From Myxococcota bacterium (lineage in GTDB: Bacteria > Myxococcota_A > SURF-8): a DNA stretch of 64,000 nt. The translations under genes and the position numbers were made by a program. The notes under the pieces were generated by a model. It was not told the DNA's origin. It saw nothing but the letters and a program-made list of their open reading frames with translations, and did no database searches. The DNA is taken from positions 576,001 to 640,000 of the forward strand of contig CAXXQS010000002.1 in assembly GCA_963674735.2 (NCBI GenBank). Reading direction: 5' to 3'. This document shows, in pieces, positions 49,185 to 58,478 of this stretch; positions within the stretch are counted from its first letter, which is position 1, and every line of letters begins with the position of its first letter.

Positions 49185-50852
49185 TTACAGTCTGGCGTCG
49201 TCGCCGATCTCCCGCTCGACAGCTTCGCCGTCTTCGGGCCAGATGCGCTGCGCCAGAAGACGCAACAGGCGACCGACATTTTGTCCGCTGCGGGCGGAGA
49301 TGCACACGGAATCGGCCTGCTCGAAGGGTAGCTCGATCCCTTGCGCGGCTAACAGATCGATCTTGTTGTAAACGGACAGGCGCGGCAGATCGTCGAGCTC
49401 AAGCTGCTCCAGAATACGCTCCACCGCGTCCATCTGCTGTTCGTGGTCGGGATTCGACACATCCACCAGATGCACGAGCAGGTCGGCATCGTGCAACTCT
49501 TCCAGCGTGGAGCGGAAGGCCTGCACCAGGTCGGCGGGCAGATCACGGATGAAGCCCACCGTGTCGGTCAACACCAACTCGCGGCCTTCGCCGAAGCGAA
49601 TACGCCGGGAGGTGGGATCGAGGGTGGCGAACAGGCGGTCTTCGGTTAAGACTTTGCTGGCGGTCAGGTGGTTCAACAACGTCGATTTTCCCGAGTTGGT
49701 ATAACCGACGATGGCCACCACCGGCACTCCGCGCCGTTCGCGGCGCTGGCGGCGCAGCTTGCGCTGCTTGCCCAGGTTGTCGATCTCCCGCTCCAGGGCC
49801 GCGATGCGGTCGCGCACCCGACGTCGATGAATTTCGAGCTTGGTTTCACCGGGACCGAGCGCTCCGATGCCGCCGGTGATACGCGACAGACCCTCGAAAC
49901 GCCGATGCAGACGCGGCAGTTCGTAACGCAGCGAAGCCAGTTCCACCTGGAGCAACCCGGCGCGCGTCTTGGCGCGTTGACCGAAAGCGGCCAGAATCAG
50001 TTGGTTGCGGTCGAGCACCTCCACCCGGGCGGCGGTGGCGATGGTACGGGCCTGGGCGGGGGTGAGCGCCCCATCGAAAATGATCAGGTCGGCCCCCATC
50101 TGCAGGCTGTCGAGGATGATTTCGTTGAGTTTGCCGCGCCCGATCAGAAAACGCGGGTCGAGGCGCGGGCGACTTTGCAAATAGCTGCGCGCCACCTGCA
50201 ACCCGGCACTGCTCGCCAGCTCGGCCAGTTCGGCCATACTGGCTTCGCTGGAGCCCTGGTAGCCGTGACGCACCCCCACCAGCAAGGCGCGCTTGGAAGC
50301 CTCCACCTGGCCGTCGTCGCGCGCGCGACGCTGGAATTCCGCCTCCAGTTCGCGGATGGCCACCCCGGCGTCGAAATGAAGCCGGGAGAGATTGGAGGCC
50401 TCGACGAAGCGATAGCGTTCATCCTGAGGATTGGGCGGCAGCAGGTGGGCCAAAGCCACCGACTCCGGCAGTCCGCCACGGGCGGAAATCACCGCCACCA
50501 GATCGAGACGCAAAAGCGCCAGATCGGCCAGGTCTTCCGTAGACAACGGCTCGTTGTTGAGATGCGTATGCACCAGCCGCAGGCCGTTGAAACGTCCGCC
50601 GTGCGCTTTGTAGCGCCCCAGATCGGGCAAGTCCAGGCGTTGGGCATCGCCCACCAACACCCAGCGCACATGCCCCGCCCGGTCGAGCAGAACCCCGATT
50701 TGACGATTGAATTCGCAGGCCAGTTCACTGATGTGGCGCGCCAGTTCGGCGGTTACCACCTCATCGGGCGGCACGCGCCGCCGGTAGGTGCGTTCCAGGC
50801 TTTTCAGTTGGCTGGGCTTGAGTCCTTTGAGATTTCCGATGGGCTGGCTGAT
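49185..50852 (-). CDS. hflX: GTPase HflX (long form), probable non-canonical ATC start
   Basis: GPGETKLE, GYTNSGKST, LFATLDPT, DTVGFI and NKID motifs; N-terminal GNLKGLKPSQL..LER.YRRR lies upstream of the first GTG. Confidence 0.93.
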   Translation of the reverse strand: MSQPIGNLKGLKPSQLKSLERTYRRRVPPDEVVTAELARHISELACEFNRQIGVLLDRAGHVRWVLVGDAQRLDLPDLGRYKAHGGRFNGLRLVHTHLNNEPLSTEDLADLALLRLDLVAVISARGGLPESVALAHLLPPNPQDERYRFVEASNLSRLHFDAGVAIRELEAEFQRRARDDGQVEASKRALLVGVRHGYQGSSEASMAELAELASSAGLQVARSYLQSRPRLDPRFLIGRGKLNEIILDSLQMGADLIIFDGALTPAQARTIATAARVEVLDRNQLILAAFGQRAKTRAGLLQVELASLRYELPRLHRRFEGLSRITGGIGALGPGETKLEIHRRRVRDRIAALEREIDNLGKQRKLRRQRRERRGVPVVAIVGYTNSGKSTLLNHLTASKVLTEDRLFATLDPTSRRIRFGEGRELVLTDTVGFIRDLPADLVQAFRSTLEELHDADLLVHLVDVSNPDHEQQMDAVERILEQLELDDLPRLSVYNKIDLLAAQGIELPFEQADSVCISARSGQNVGRLLRLLAQRIWPEDGEAVEREIGDDARL

Positions 50853-50876
50853 GATGCTTTTCCTTGTGTTGTCGGG

Positions 50877-53186
50877 TCACGGATGAAACGCGCTACCGCC
50901 TCGCGGCGGCAGGACGCCCTGTCCCTTTCCTTGATTTTCGGCGTTTTTGCGGCGGCTGTCAAGATCCGATGCGGGATCGCGAGAAAGCGTTCCCCGTTCC
51001 CCCACTTGCTTCAGTCCCACCACCCGGTAGAACGTCAGGGTCAGGGTTTTCATATCGTCGGTGAAACCCCGAGTGCGGTTTTCATCGTAAAAACGGTTGG
51101 CGAAGGTCGTCACCTGCAACGGTTCGAGCATAAACTCCGCCTGCATGCGACGGCAGAAGGCTGCCAATGCTTCGGACGGCCGCTTGTCGCAGTGACACAA
51201 CAAACCTTCGTAATAGTATAGCGGCCGGCGCGAATCCCGCAGCAGACGGCGCAACTCGTCGATCCGCTCGCGCGGCGGCGACGGTTCATCGGCGCTTGCA
51301 CCACAAGCAAAGCTATCGAAGTTGAGCGATACCCGACCGCTTTCAAGTTGCGTGGCCAGCGGTTTCATGCGGCTGCCTTTGCCATAACCGGTATACTCGA
51401 CCACCCGCGCCCCGGCCGGAATGCGCTCGCGCAGCGACATAACGAAGTCGTACTCATGCATGGAATTGAAATCGGTATCGCGCACATAGTCCAGCTTCAA
51501 AAAAGCGCTCCCCATTACGAGCGCCGCCAGCAGCAAGGCCACCCCGCGCGGCCGCAGGTCGCACAGCCAGAGAAAGCCGCCCGCCATCAGCAAGGTAAAG
51601 GGCTGCACCAGATGCAGGTGGTAACGCGCCTGCATCTCGATACGTCCCGGCAAAACGTAGGTGTGAAACAGGATGAACAGCAGCAAGGTCACTCCCAGCA
51701 TCACCGCCAGCCGAACGTTCTTTTTCATCAGATAAACGAATCCGGCGACGGCGGCCAGCAGGTAGAGCGGCGGTGTTATGCGAAATTGAATCAGGCTGTT
51801 GTAGTTGGGATCGAACAAGACATCGGCGAAGCGCCATAACAGATCCGGCGTCAACGCGTCTTTCGTTCGTTCGGCATGCTTGACGAACAGGGAAACGACT
51901 GTCCCGCCGCCCATGAGCGCCAGGGTAAAAGTCCCCACTCCCACGCGCCGCCACCGACTCGCTTCGGGGATGGGCAGATAAAACAGGATCGCGGCCATGG
52001 GAACGATGAATACGCCGTTGAGCGGCCGCGCCTCGACAAGAGCGTAACAGATCGGAAAAAAAACCAGCCCCGCAAAGATCCGCGTCCGCCACCTGCGCTC
52101 GACGAGCAGAGCATGCACGAGCGAAAGCGCGCAGGACGCCAGCAACAGCGAAGGAATGAACATGACTTCGCTTTGCGAAAAGCGGATGTGATTGGGCAAC
52201 AAGGCCACCGCCAGCGCCGCCGCCGCCGCCGCCCGTTCGTCACGGAACAGGTAGCGCGCATGCACGTAAAGCGCCAGCGGAGTGACGACCGCATAAGCGA
52301 AGCTGCCCCAGCGCACCGCCTCACCAAGCGGCACGCGCCAACCGAAATAGGCGCTCGCCCATCGAAACAGCTCCGAGTCGTAAAAAATCGCGCCGCCGAT
52401 GCCGGAGCGGTCGAAAGGCCAGGGCCCCATGCCCGTCGGAACACTGAGCCCCAGACGCAACCCCGCCCCCAAGGCCAAAATCGCCACCAGGTAAAGCGGG
52501 GAGATACGGCGCAGGCCGTCGAGCGGGCTCACAGCCAGCAATCCCATGCTGAGAACGATCAGCAGCAACCAGAAGACCGCGTCTTGGAAGACAAGATGAA
52601 TCAACCGTTGAGTATAGAAGTGAACGAACCCCTTGCGGGCTTCGCGCTCCGAAAAAGATACGGCGGCATCGCGCCACAGACAATTCCGGTCGTTTCGATG
52701 CACCGCCCGGATCAGGCGTTCGAGCACCTGCTTCCCCGCGTCCGACAAACCCTGCCGTTGGGGAATCAGAGCGAAACAGGCGCTCCGGGTATGGGCGCGG
52801 CCGGCGACCGCGTCCGCATGGGTGAGCGTCAGGGTGGCGGTTTCACCGCTTGCCGATTCGAGCGCCGTCAGAACGATCGCGGAATCGCGGATAAGCAAGC
52901 CGTCGAAAAGCCAACCCGGCATCACCTCCGCATCCAAGGTATAGGGGGCGAAGAGGGCGAGAATCCGTTCTTCCTGACCGCTCGGCAGGCTGGGCCGATG
53001 CGTCGGAGATGCAACAACCGCCCATAGAACCGCCAGCAACCCGCCGACGGCCAGCACAGCCGCCGCGATCAGGCCAAGACGTTTCGTACGGGTCCATCCG
53101 TTGCCGCCGGACAGACCGTCTGCGGCGGAAGGGTCGGACCGTCGCGAATCGTCCGGTCCCGCATTGGATGGCCCCCGATGTGTCAT
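50877..53186 (-). CDS. Polytopic membrane protein, GT-C glycosyltransferase-like
   Basis: N-terminal periplasmic domain, more than 10 TM segments, P.HIRFS.SE motif, tail EYDF...LYYYEG..C...C. Confidence 0.55.
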   Translation of the reverse strand: MTHRGPSNAGPDDSRRSDPSAADGLSGGNGWTRTKRLGLIAAAVLAVGGLLAVLWAVVASPTHRPSLPSGQEERILALFAPYTLDAEVMPGWLFDGLLIRDSAIVLTALESASGETATLTLTHADAVAGRAHTRSACFALIPQRQGLSDAGKQVLERLIRAVHRNDRNCLWRDAAVSFSEREARKGFVHFYTQRLIHLVFQDAVFWLLLIVLSMGLLAVSPLDGLRRISPLYLVAILALGAGLRLGLSVPTGMGPWPFDRSGIGGAIFYDSELFRWASAYFGWRVPLGEAVRWGSFAYAVVTPLALYVHARYLFRDERAAAAAALAVALLPNHIRFSQSEVMFIPSLLLASCALSLVHALLVERRWRTRIFAGLVFFPICYALVEARPLNGVFIVPMAAILFYLPIPEASRWRRVGVGTFTLALMGGGTVVSLFVKHAERTKDALTPDLLWRFADVLFDPNYNSLIQFRITPPLYLLAAVAGFVYLMKKNVRLAVMLGVTLLLFILFHTYVLPGRIEMQARYHLHLVQPFTLLMAGGFLWLCDLRPRGVALLLAALVMGSAFLKLDYVRDTDFNSMHEYDFVMSLRERIPAGARVVEYTGYGKGSRMKPLATQLESGRVSLNFDSFACGASADEPSPPRERIDELRRLLRDSRRPLYYYEGLLCHCDKRPSEALAAFCRRMQAEFMLEPLQVTTFANRFYDENRTRGFTDDMKTLTLTFYRVVGLKQVGERGTLSRDPASDLDSRRKNAENQGKGQGVLPPRGGSAFHP

Positions 53187-53188
53187 CG

Positions 53189-56100
53189 TCAGTCCACGAT
53201 TGCGGCGTTGTTTTTGCGCCGCCGACATAGCGCCAGCAGCGACATTAACAGCAGCATGATACTTGCAGCGGTTTCTCCACCTTGCCGACAACCCCCATCC
53301 CCGCTATCGTCAAGCACTTGAGGCAAAGGGACGTCGTTTGCGGGCGCGGCATCGCCGCAGGCCTGATCCAGACACCCGCGCGCGCCGCAGTTCTGCGTGA
53401 CAAACCATTCCCGCCCGGTGCGGTCGCACTGCATCAGCCAGTCGCCCTGGCACTGTTTGAAACCGGGCACACAAACCAAACCGGTGTCGCCGTCGGGCTC
53501 GTCGCCGTCCGGGTCATCACCGTCGGGCTCGTCGCCATCGGGCTCATCGCCGTCGGGCTCGGCGGCGTCGGGAACACAGAAGTTGGTGGCGGGATCGCAA
53601 ATTTCATCCGCCGCGCAGTCACCATCGACCACGCAGGCCATACACACCTTGTAGGTCGGATGGCAGACGGGAAACGCGGCTTCCGTGCAGTCGGCGTCGT
53701 CCTCGCATAAAAAGCCCGCAAGCGGAATCGTCTCGTCGCGCTCGCCGAAAGCGTTGTTGTGGTGAAGCAGAAGCGCTCCCAAAACGAGTTGCTCGCGACA
53801 GGCCTCGCGATCCACCGCGACCCCGAGCGTCGCGCCGTCTTGGTCTTCAAGGGTGGAGCGCAGGTCGTCGTCCCGCTCGAAATCCAAACAGGGCCGCGCC
53901 AGGTCCACGAGATGGCGTCGCCCCGTATCGAGCATGGTTTCGGTTTGAAAATAAAAACGCGTGTTCGTCGGGGAAAGACCGATCAGGTCGGCCGGGACGC
54001 TCAGCACCATGGCATCGCTCATGAAGGCCGGAATGGCGGCTTCGTCGGCCGGGTAGCCGTTCAAATAGGTCAAACCTTCGACGTCGCCGCTGCGCGCGTT
54101 GATGCACCAGGCCGCGTAGACATCCGTGTCGTAGAGATCGTTCATCAGGTAGTAATCGGGCTGGCCATCCAGGTTGGTGTCGAGTGAAATGTAAAAACGC
54201 GCCTCCACCGGGCTGCCCCAGACGCCGTGAGTGACGACGGCGAAAGCGATCCTCACCTCGTCCATGGAGCCGTCCGCCGCCATCACGGCGGTGTAATTGG
54301 AATTGACGCCGACGGTTTTGAGGTCGTACAGGTCGGCCAGATCCGGATCGTACCCGATGGGCAGACCGTAAGGATCGTCATCGGCGCTGTTTTCGCGCCA
54401 CTCGAAGGGCGTCAACAGGGAAATCACGTCCTGCGGAATATTCTCGCCGGTGTGGACGCCCGTCCCTTCGAGATGCAGAGTGGCGACACCGCTTGACGCC
54501 TCTTCCTGAAGCAGGGTCTCGCTGGCGGACATGGCCGAAGCCGGACGCGGCACGGCCAACAGCGGCACCCGTAGAATCGGCTCGCCTTCCGGCGGCGACA
54601 GCAGAATCAGTCCCGTCTCCTCGGCCAGCCAGAAACGCGGCTGTTCGGAGCTTTCCAAAAAAGTGTCGAGGGTGGGGGCGGGTGTCCGTTTGAGGGCGGC
54701 CGGATCGACGTCCACCTTAACCGCCCAATCGGCGAAAGCGCCCGGCTGAATCGTCACGGCGTCCGCGTCGGTCAGCGTCACCGTCACCCCCGGCAGATCG
54801 ACCGCCGTCGCATAAGCAGCTTCAAGCGTCACGGGAGTCTCGCCCTTGTTGAGCACCCGCAGATTGCGCGTTTCGCTGGTCGGCTCCACCACGTCGAGCA
54901 GGGCATAGCTCAGGCTCACACGGCTCGGGGCCTCCGCGTCAAACGCGATCAGGTCGCGTTCGAGGGCGGCGGCGGCATCCACACGTCCCGCTCCGGCACG
55001 CGTCGGCGAAAGCGGCGGCAGATCATCACGACCCAATAACGAAACAGCATGCCCGGCGGTGTTCATGGCCAGCGCCTTGAGTTCGGCCACCGTCCAGTCG
55101 GGGTGGGCCTGGCGCAACAAGGCCATCACGCCGCACATATGCGGACAAGCCATGGAGGTGCCCGAGGTGGCGTAGCCGTCCGAGCCGCTCAAGGTGGCGG
55201 CGGAATACACGGAAACACCTGGAGCGGCGATGTCGGGTTTCAGGTAGGGCTGCAACCGATTGTGGGAGGGACCGCGCGAGGAGAAGTCTCCCAGGGAGTC
55301 GGCCAGTTCGGGGCGCTGGACTTCATTGTCGGCGATCGTGACGGTTACGGGGTCGCCCGCGATGGCCGCACGCAACAGCACGCCGTCGTCCTGCGCGATC
55401 ATCAGAGACGGGATCGTCAGGTCGGAGCCGGTGCCGCCCATCTGAATGGCCCAGCCCGGTTCGTTGTTGATGACCACCGCGCCGATGGCCCCGGCGTCCT
55501 GCACGCGGCGGATCTTGCTGACGAAAGTGCAGTCGCCGCGCTCGATCAGCGCCACCTTGCCGGAAAGAGCGGCGGCGTTTCCCAGATCCGCACAGGCATC
55601 GACGGGTTGGGCTGCCATAAGCTGTCCGCTGACTCCTTCGGCGGTCAGGCTTGGACCGAAGCTGGCCGAGCTGGCGATGTAATCGCCCGCCACATCCTGG
55701 GGTTCGTCGACACGCAGAGCCAGAAAGGCCATGCCATCGTGCCAGGTGGCGGCCACGGCCAACACGCCCTCGCCGGTGGACGGCGCGCCGCTCACAAAAG
55801 TCGTATCGCCCTCGTTACCGGCGGCAGCCACCACGATCACCCCGGCGGCGACCGCGTTTTCATATACCCGGTTTTCGAAATCCCCGGTGCTGCCGTAGGA
55901 ACCGCCCAGCGACAGGTTCACCACGTCGAGGTGATCGGCGAAATCGCCGTCGTCGTTGGGGTCCACGGCCCATTCCATGGCACGCGCGGCCAGGGTGGTG
56001 GACCCGCTGCCGAAGACCTTGAGCGCCAGCAGTTGCGCTTCCGGCGCGACACCGGGACCGATGCCCAGCGCGTCGAAGGGCAGGCTCTGATTGTAGGGAC

Positions 56101-56932
56101 CATCGAAGCTCAAGCCCTCGGCATCGACGCCCGTTCCGGCAATGGTCCCGGCAACGTGCGTCCCGTGTCCGATGACGGTGTCCATGGGGTCGGGATCGGG
56201 CTCGGGTTCGTCGGTGGAACTGTTTTCGGGGTTGTAGTTTTCACCCGCAAAGTCGTAGCCGCCCACCACTTTGGCGGTCGGGAAGGTCACGTCGCCGAGC
56301 ACGGTGGGATCGTTGGCATCGTAGTCGCTCTGACTGCCCGCACCGCCGAAATCGGCGTGCAGGTAATCGATACCGCTATCGATCACGCCGATGCGCACGC
56401 TTTGCCCGGTGAGATCCACCCCGAGCTGGGTCCAGGCCTGGGCCGCTCCGATGAGCGGCACGCCGTGGGCGTTCAGCGGTTTGCGCAGCGGCACGGGATA
56501 GACGGCCCGCAGCCCCGGCAGACGGCGCAGGGCGGCGAGTCGATCGCGTTCGATGCGTACCACCGCGCCGTTGAACAGGCGCGACAGGGTGTAATCGATC
56601 CGCAGACCGGGTACCGTCAGCAGGCTGGGCAGCAACGCCGCCTGCTCGTCGAGAATGCGCCGGTGCTGCGCGACGGCGTTCCGACGGGCGACGGCCTCCA
56701 CCTGGGCACGTGCACCCTTCAAGCGGCTTAGCGTCTCGGCATACACGCGAGCGGCCGGGGGCGTCTCGAATTCCACGGCCACGAACAGGCGGCCATCGGG
56801 AAGCGCGTGAAAGCCCGAAGCCACCGAAGCTTGCGGCACGGGCAGACGCTGGTCGGCCATGGCCCACGGCAGCGACAGGCTGGAAAGAACGAACAAAAAC
56901 AGAACGGCAACGAAAAGGCGGGTGCGCGGCAT
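53189..56932 (-). CDS. Secreted S8 subtilase (Vpr/C5a-like) with PA domain, Cys-rich and DGD region, and MYXO-CTERM-like anchor
   Basis: Catalytic IDSGID, HGTHVAG, GTSMACPH; ALIERGDCTF (PA); tail GDGGC + hydrophobic helix + RRRK. Confidence 0.92.
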   Translation of the reverse strand: MPRTRLFVAVLFLFVLSSLSLPWAMADQRLPVPQASVASGFHALPDGRLFVAVEFETPPAARVYAETLSRLKGARAQVEAVARRNAVAQHRRILDEQAALLPSLLTVPGLRIDYTLSRLFNGAVVRIERDRLAALRRLPGLRAVYPVPLRKPLNAHGVPLIGAAQAWTQLGVDLTGQSVRIGVIDSGIDYLHADFGGAGSQSDYDANDPTVLGDVTFPTAKVVGGYDFAGENYNPENSSTDEPEPDPDPMDTVIGHGTHVAGTIAGTGVDAEGLSFDGPYNQSLPFDALGIGPGVAPEAQLLALKVFGSGSTTLAARAMEWAVDPNDDGDFADHLDVVNLSLGGSYGSTGDFENRVYENAVAAGVIVVAAAGNEGDTTFVSGAPSTGEGVLAVAATWHDGMAFLALRVDEPQDVAGDYIASSASFGPSLTAEGVSGQLMAAQPVDACADLGNAAALSGKVALIERGDCTFVSKIRRVQDAGAIGAVVINNEPGWAIQMGGTGSDLTIPSLMIAQDDGVLLRAAIAGDPVTVTIADNEVQRPELADSLGDFSSRGPSHNRLQPYLKPDIAAPGVSVYSAATLSGSDGYATSGTSMACPHMCGVMALLRQAHPDWTVAELKALAMNTAGHAVSLLGRDDLPPLSPTRAGAGRVDAAAALERDLIAFDAEAPSRVSLSYALLDVVEPTSETRNLRVLNKGETPVTLEAAYATAVDLPGVTVTLTDADAVTIQPGAFADWAVKVDVDPAALKRTPAPTLDTFLESSEQPRFWLAEETGLILLSPPEGEPILRVPLLAVPRPASAMSASETLLQEEASSGVATLHLEGTGVHTGENIPQDVISLLTPFEWRENSADDDPYGLPIGYDPDLADLYDLKTVGVNSNYTAVMAADGSMDEVRIAFAVVTHGVWGSPVEARFYISLDTNLDGQPDYYLMNDLYDTDVYAAWCINARSGDVEGLTYLNGYPADEAAIPAFMSDAMVLSVPADLIGLSPTNTRFYFQTETMLDTGRRHLVDLARPCLDFERDDDLRSTLEDQDGATLGVAVDREACREQLVLGALLLHHNNAFGERDETIPLAGFLCEDDADCTEAAFPVCHPTYKVCMACVVDGDCAADEICDPATNFCVPDAAEPDGDEPDGDEPDGDDPDGDEPDGDTGLVCVPGFKQCQGDWLMQCDRTGREWFVTQNCGARGCLDQACGDAAPANDVPLPQVLDDSGDGGCRQGGETAASIMLLLMSLLALCRRRKNNAAIVD
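53486..53560 (-). repeat. Coding 15-bp tandem repeat, 5 units ([E/D]PDGD)
   Basis: GTCGCCGTCGGGCTC-type units on the plus strand. Confidence 0.92.
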
Positions 56933-57056
56933 GTGTGTCCTCTCGGATGATGGGAACAAACACCCCAGCCCGATTCCGGTCGGGGCATCTTTGACAACCC
57001 GATAGTCATAGTATGTTTTGCAAGGAGCTTCAAGGGATTTTGCGGTCAGCACCCGA

Positions 57057-57190
57057 AAATAAGGGGGGAGGCGGCCGGGGTCGGCAGGATTACACCTAAT
57101 CCCCGACCGCCCAGGTGGATCACTCGCCCGATGGTGGAGCTTTTTGTACCAGGTGGGCGAGTTCAAGGCGCGTTTGGGGGCGCGCCTTAT
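57057..57190 (-). ncRNA. Candidate three-hairpin structured RNA or leader
   Basis: Minus-strand stems AAGGCGCG/CGCGCCTT, ACTCGCCC/GGGCGAGT and GGCGGTCGGGG/CCCCGGCCGCC, then TTATTTT. Confidence 0.35.
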
Positions 57191-57255
57191 AGACTAAAGA
57201 ATCAAACCGCCATTCGAATTCGGCAAAGCTGAAACATCTGAGATAGGCGATTTCA

Positions 57256-57291
57256 GACTGACATGTCATTCCAACGACTGACACGTCATTC
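57256..57291. promoter_or_regulatory. Tandem palindromic operator-like repeat
   Basis: GACTGACATGTCATTC and GACTGACACGTCATTC at a 20-bp period. Confidence 0.55.
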
Positions 57292-57426
57292 TATACTCAA
57301 ATTAGCGGAGAAGGTCAACAAAAAAATGAGACCATAGTTTCAGGTTATGTAGCCTTGTTTACAACCGGCGATCCGAACGGTCGCCGAAATGGAAGGTCTA
57401 CCATCGCGAAGACGCTCCCGTTTCGC

Positions 57427-57852
57427 TTACAGCGAGGGTCCCTTGCCGCCCAACCCCACGATGGTGTCGAACTCACGGCGGGAAAGCGGCATGACGGACA
57501 GACGCGCCTGCTTGATCAGCGCAATCTCGGCCAGGGCGGGCTCGGCCTTGATTGTGGCCAGGGTCACGGGCTGCTTGAGCGGAAACACAGGCTTCACGTC
57601 CACCACCGACCAGCGCGGGTCGTCGCTGGTGGGATCGGGGTAGGGATCGCTGACCACTTCGGCCACCCCCACCACCGCCTTGGCCTTCACCGAGTGGTAA
57701 AAGAGCGCCCGGTCGCCCGGGCGCATGTCGCGCAGATTGTTGCGGGCCTGATAATTGCGCACGCCGTCCCAGTGATCGCGCCCCAATTCGACCAGATCAT
57801 CCCAACTGTACGTAGACGGTTCGCTTTTCAATAGCCAGTAGTTACGACGCAT
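57427..57852 (-). CDS. EVE domain protein
   Basis: YWLLKSEP, WDGVRNYQARN.LR.M..GD..LFYHS and RLSVMP motifs. Confidence 0.95.
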   Translation of the reverse strand: MRRNYWLLKSEPSTYSWDDLVELGRDHWDGVRNYQARNNLRDMRPGDRALFYHSVKAKAVVGVAEVVSDPYPDPTSDDPRWSVVDVKPVFPLKQPVTLATIKAEPALAEIALIKQARLSVMPLSRREFDTIVGLGGKGPSL

Positions 57853-57865
57853 CGGTCCCTCTCCC

Positions 57866-58324
57866 TCAGCCCGCCAGATCCTTGTAGACGCGCTCGGCGT
57901 GGCCTTTGGCGCGCACGTTTTTAAATTGCTTCAGCAGCACGCCCTTGGCGTCGAAGACGAAGGTACTGCGAATGGTGCCCATGGAAACCTTGCCGTAGTT
58001 TTTCTTCTCGCCCCAGGCACCCAACTCGGCCAGCAACGTGGTTTCGGGATCGGACAAGAGCGGGAACGTCAATTCGAATTTGTCGGTGAAATTACAGTGG
58101 CTTTTAACTGAATCCTTCGAGATGCCCACCACTTCATAGCCGAGGGCTTTGAAATCCTCCAGCCGGTCGCGAAAGTCCTGGGCTTCGGTGCTGCAGCCGG
58201 GGGTGTTGTCACGCGGATACGCGTATAAAATCAGACCCTTTTCACCGCTTAATTCCTTAAACGATCGATCGTCGCCACTTTGGTCGGGACGTTTGAATGC
58301 CTTCAGCTTGTCTCCTATCTCCAT
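57866..58324 (-). CDS. bcp: Peroxiredoxin, BCP/PrxQ family
   Basis: YPRDNTPGCSTEA.DFRD, GISKD, FPLLSD and RSTFV motifs. Confidence 0.92.
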   Translation of the reverse strand: MEIGDKLKAFKRPDQSGDDRSFKELSGEKGLILYAYPRDNTPGCSTEAQDFRDRLEDFKALGYEVVGISKDSVKSHCNFTDKFELTFPLLSDPETTLLAELGAWGEKKNYGKVSMGTIRSTFVFDAKGVLLKQFKNVRAKGHAERVYKDLAG

Positions 58325-58478
58325 GGTCGCCTCCTCGGGTTGAACGGGGTTGTGCGGCACTTCGGCCGCTTTATAGCTTACCCGATGGATGGGGATTGGG
58401 AGGCAGGCATTCCGAAATTTTCATCCCGGCCGGAGCATCATGAAAAACCGGCTGCCCTTTCAGCGATTAATGGGGACA

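Noticed and set aside
57057-57240. 6S RNA or retron msr/msd identity for the hairpin element
   Set aside because: It forms three local hairpins, not one long rod with a central bubble, and there is no reverse transcriptase in the window.
57427-57852. EVE protein as part of a modification-dependent restriction system
   Set aside because: Stand-alone EVE domain next to bcp with no nuclease fusion or neighbour.
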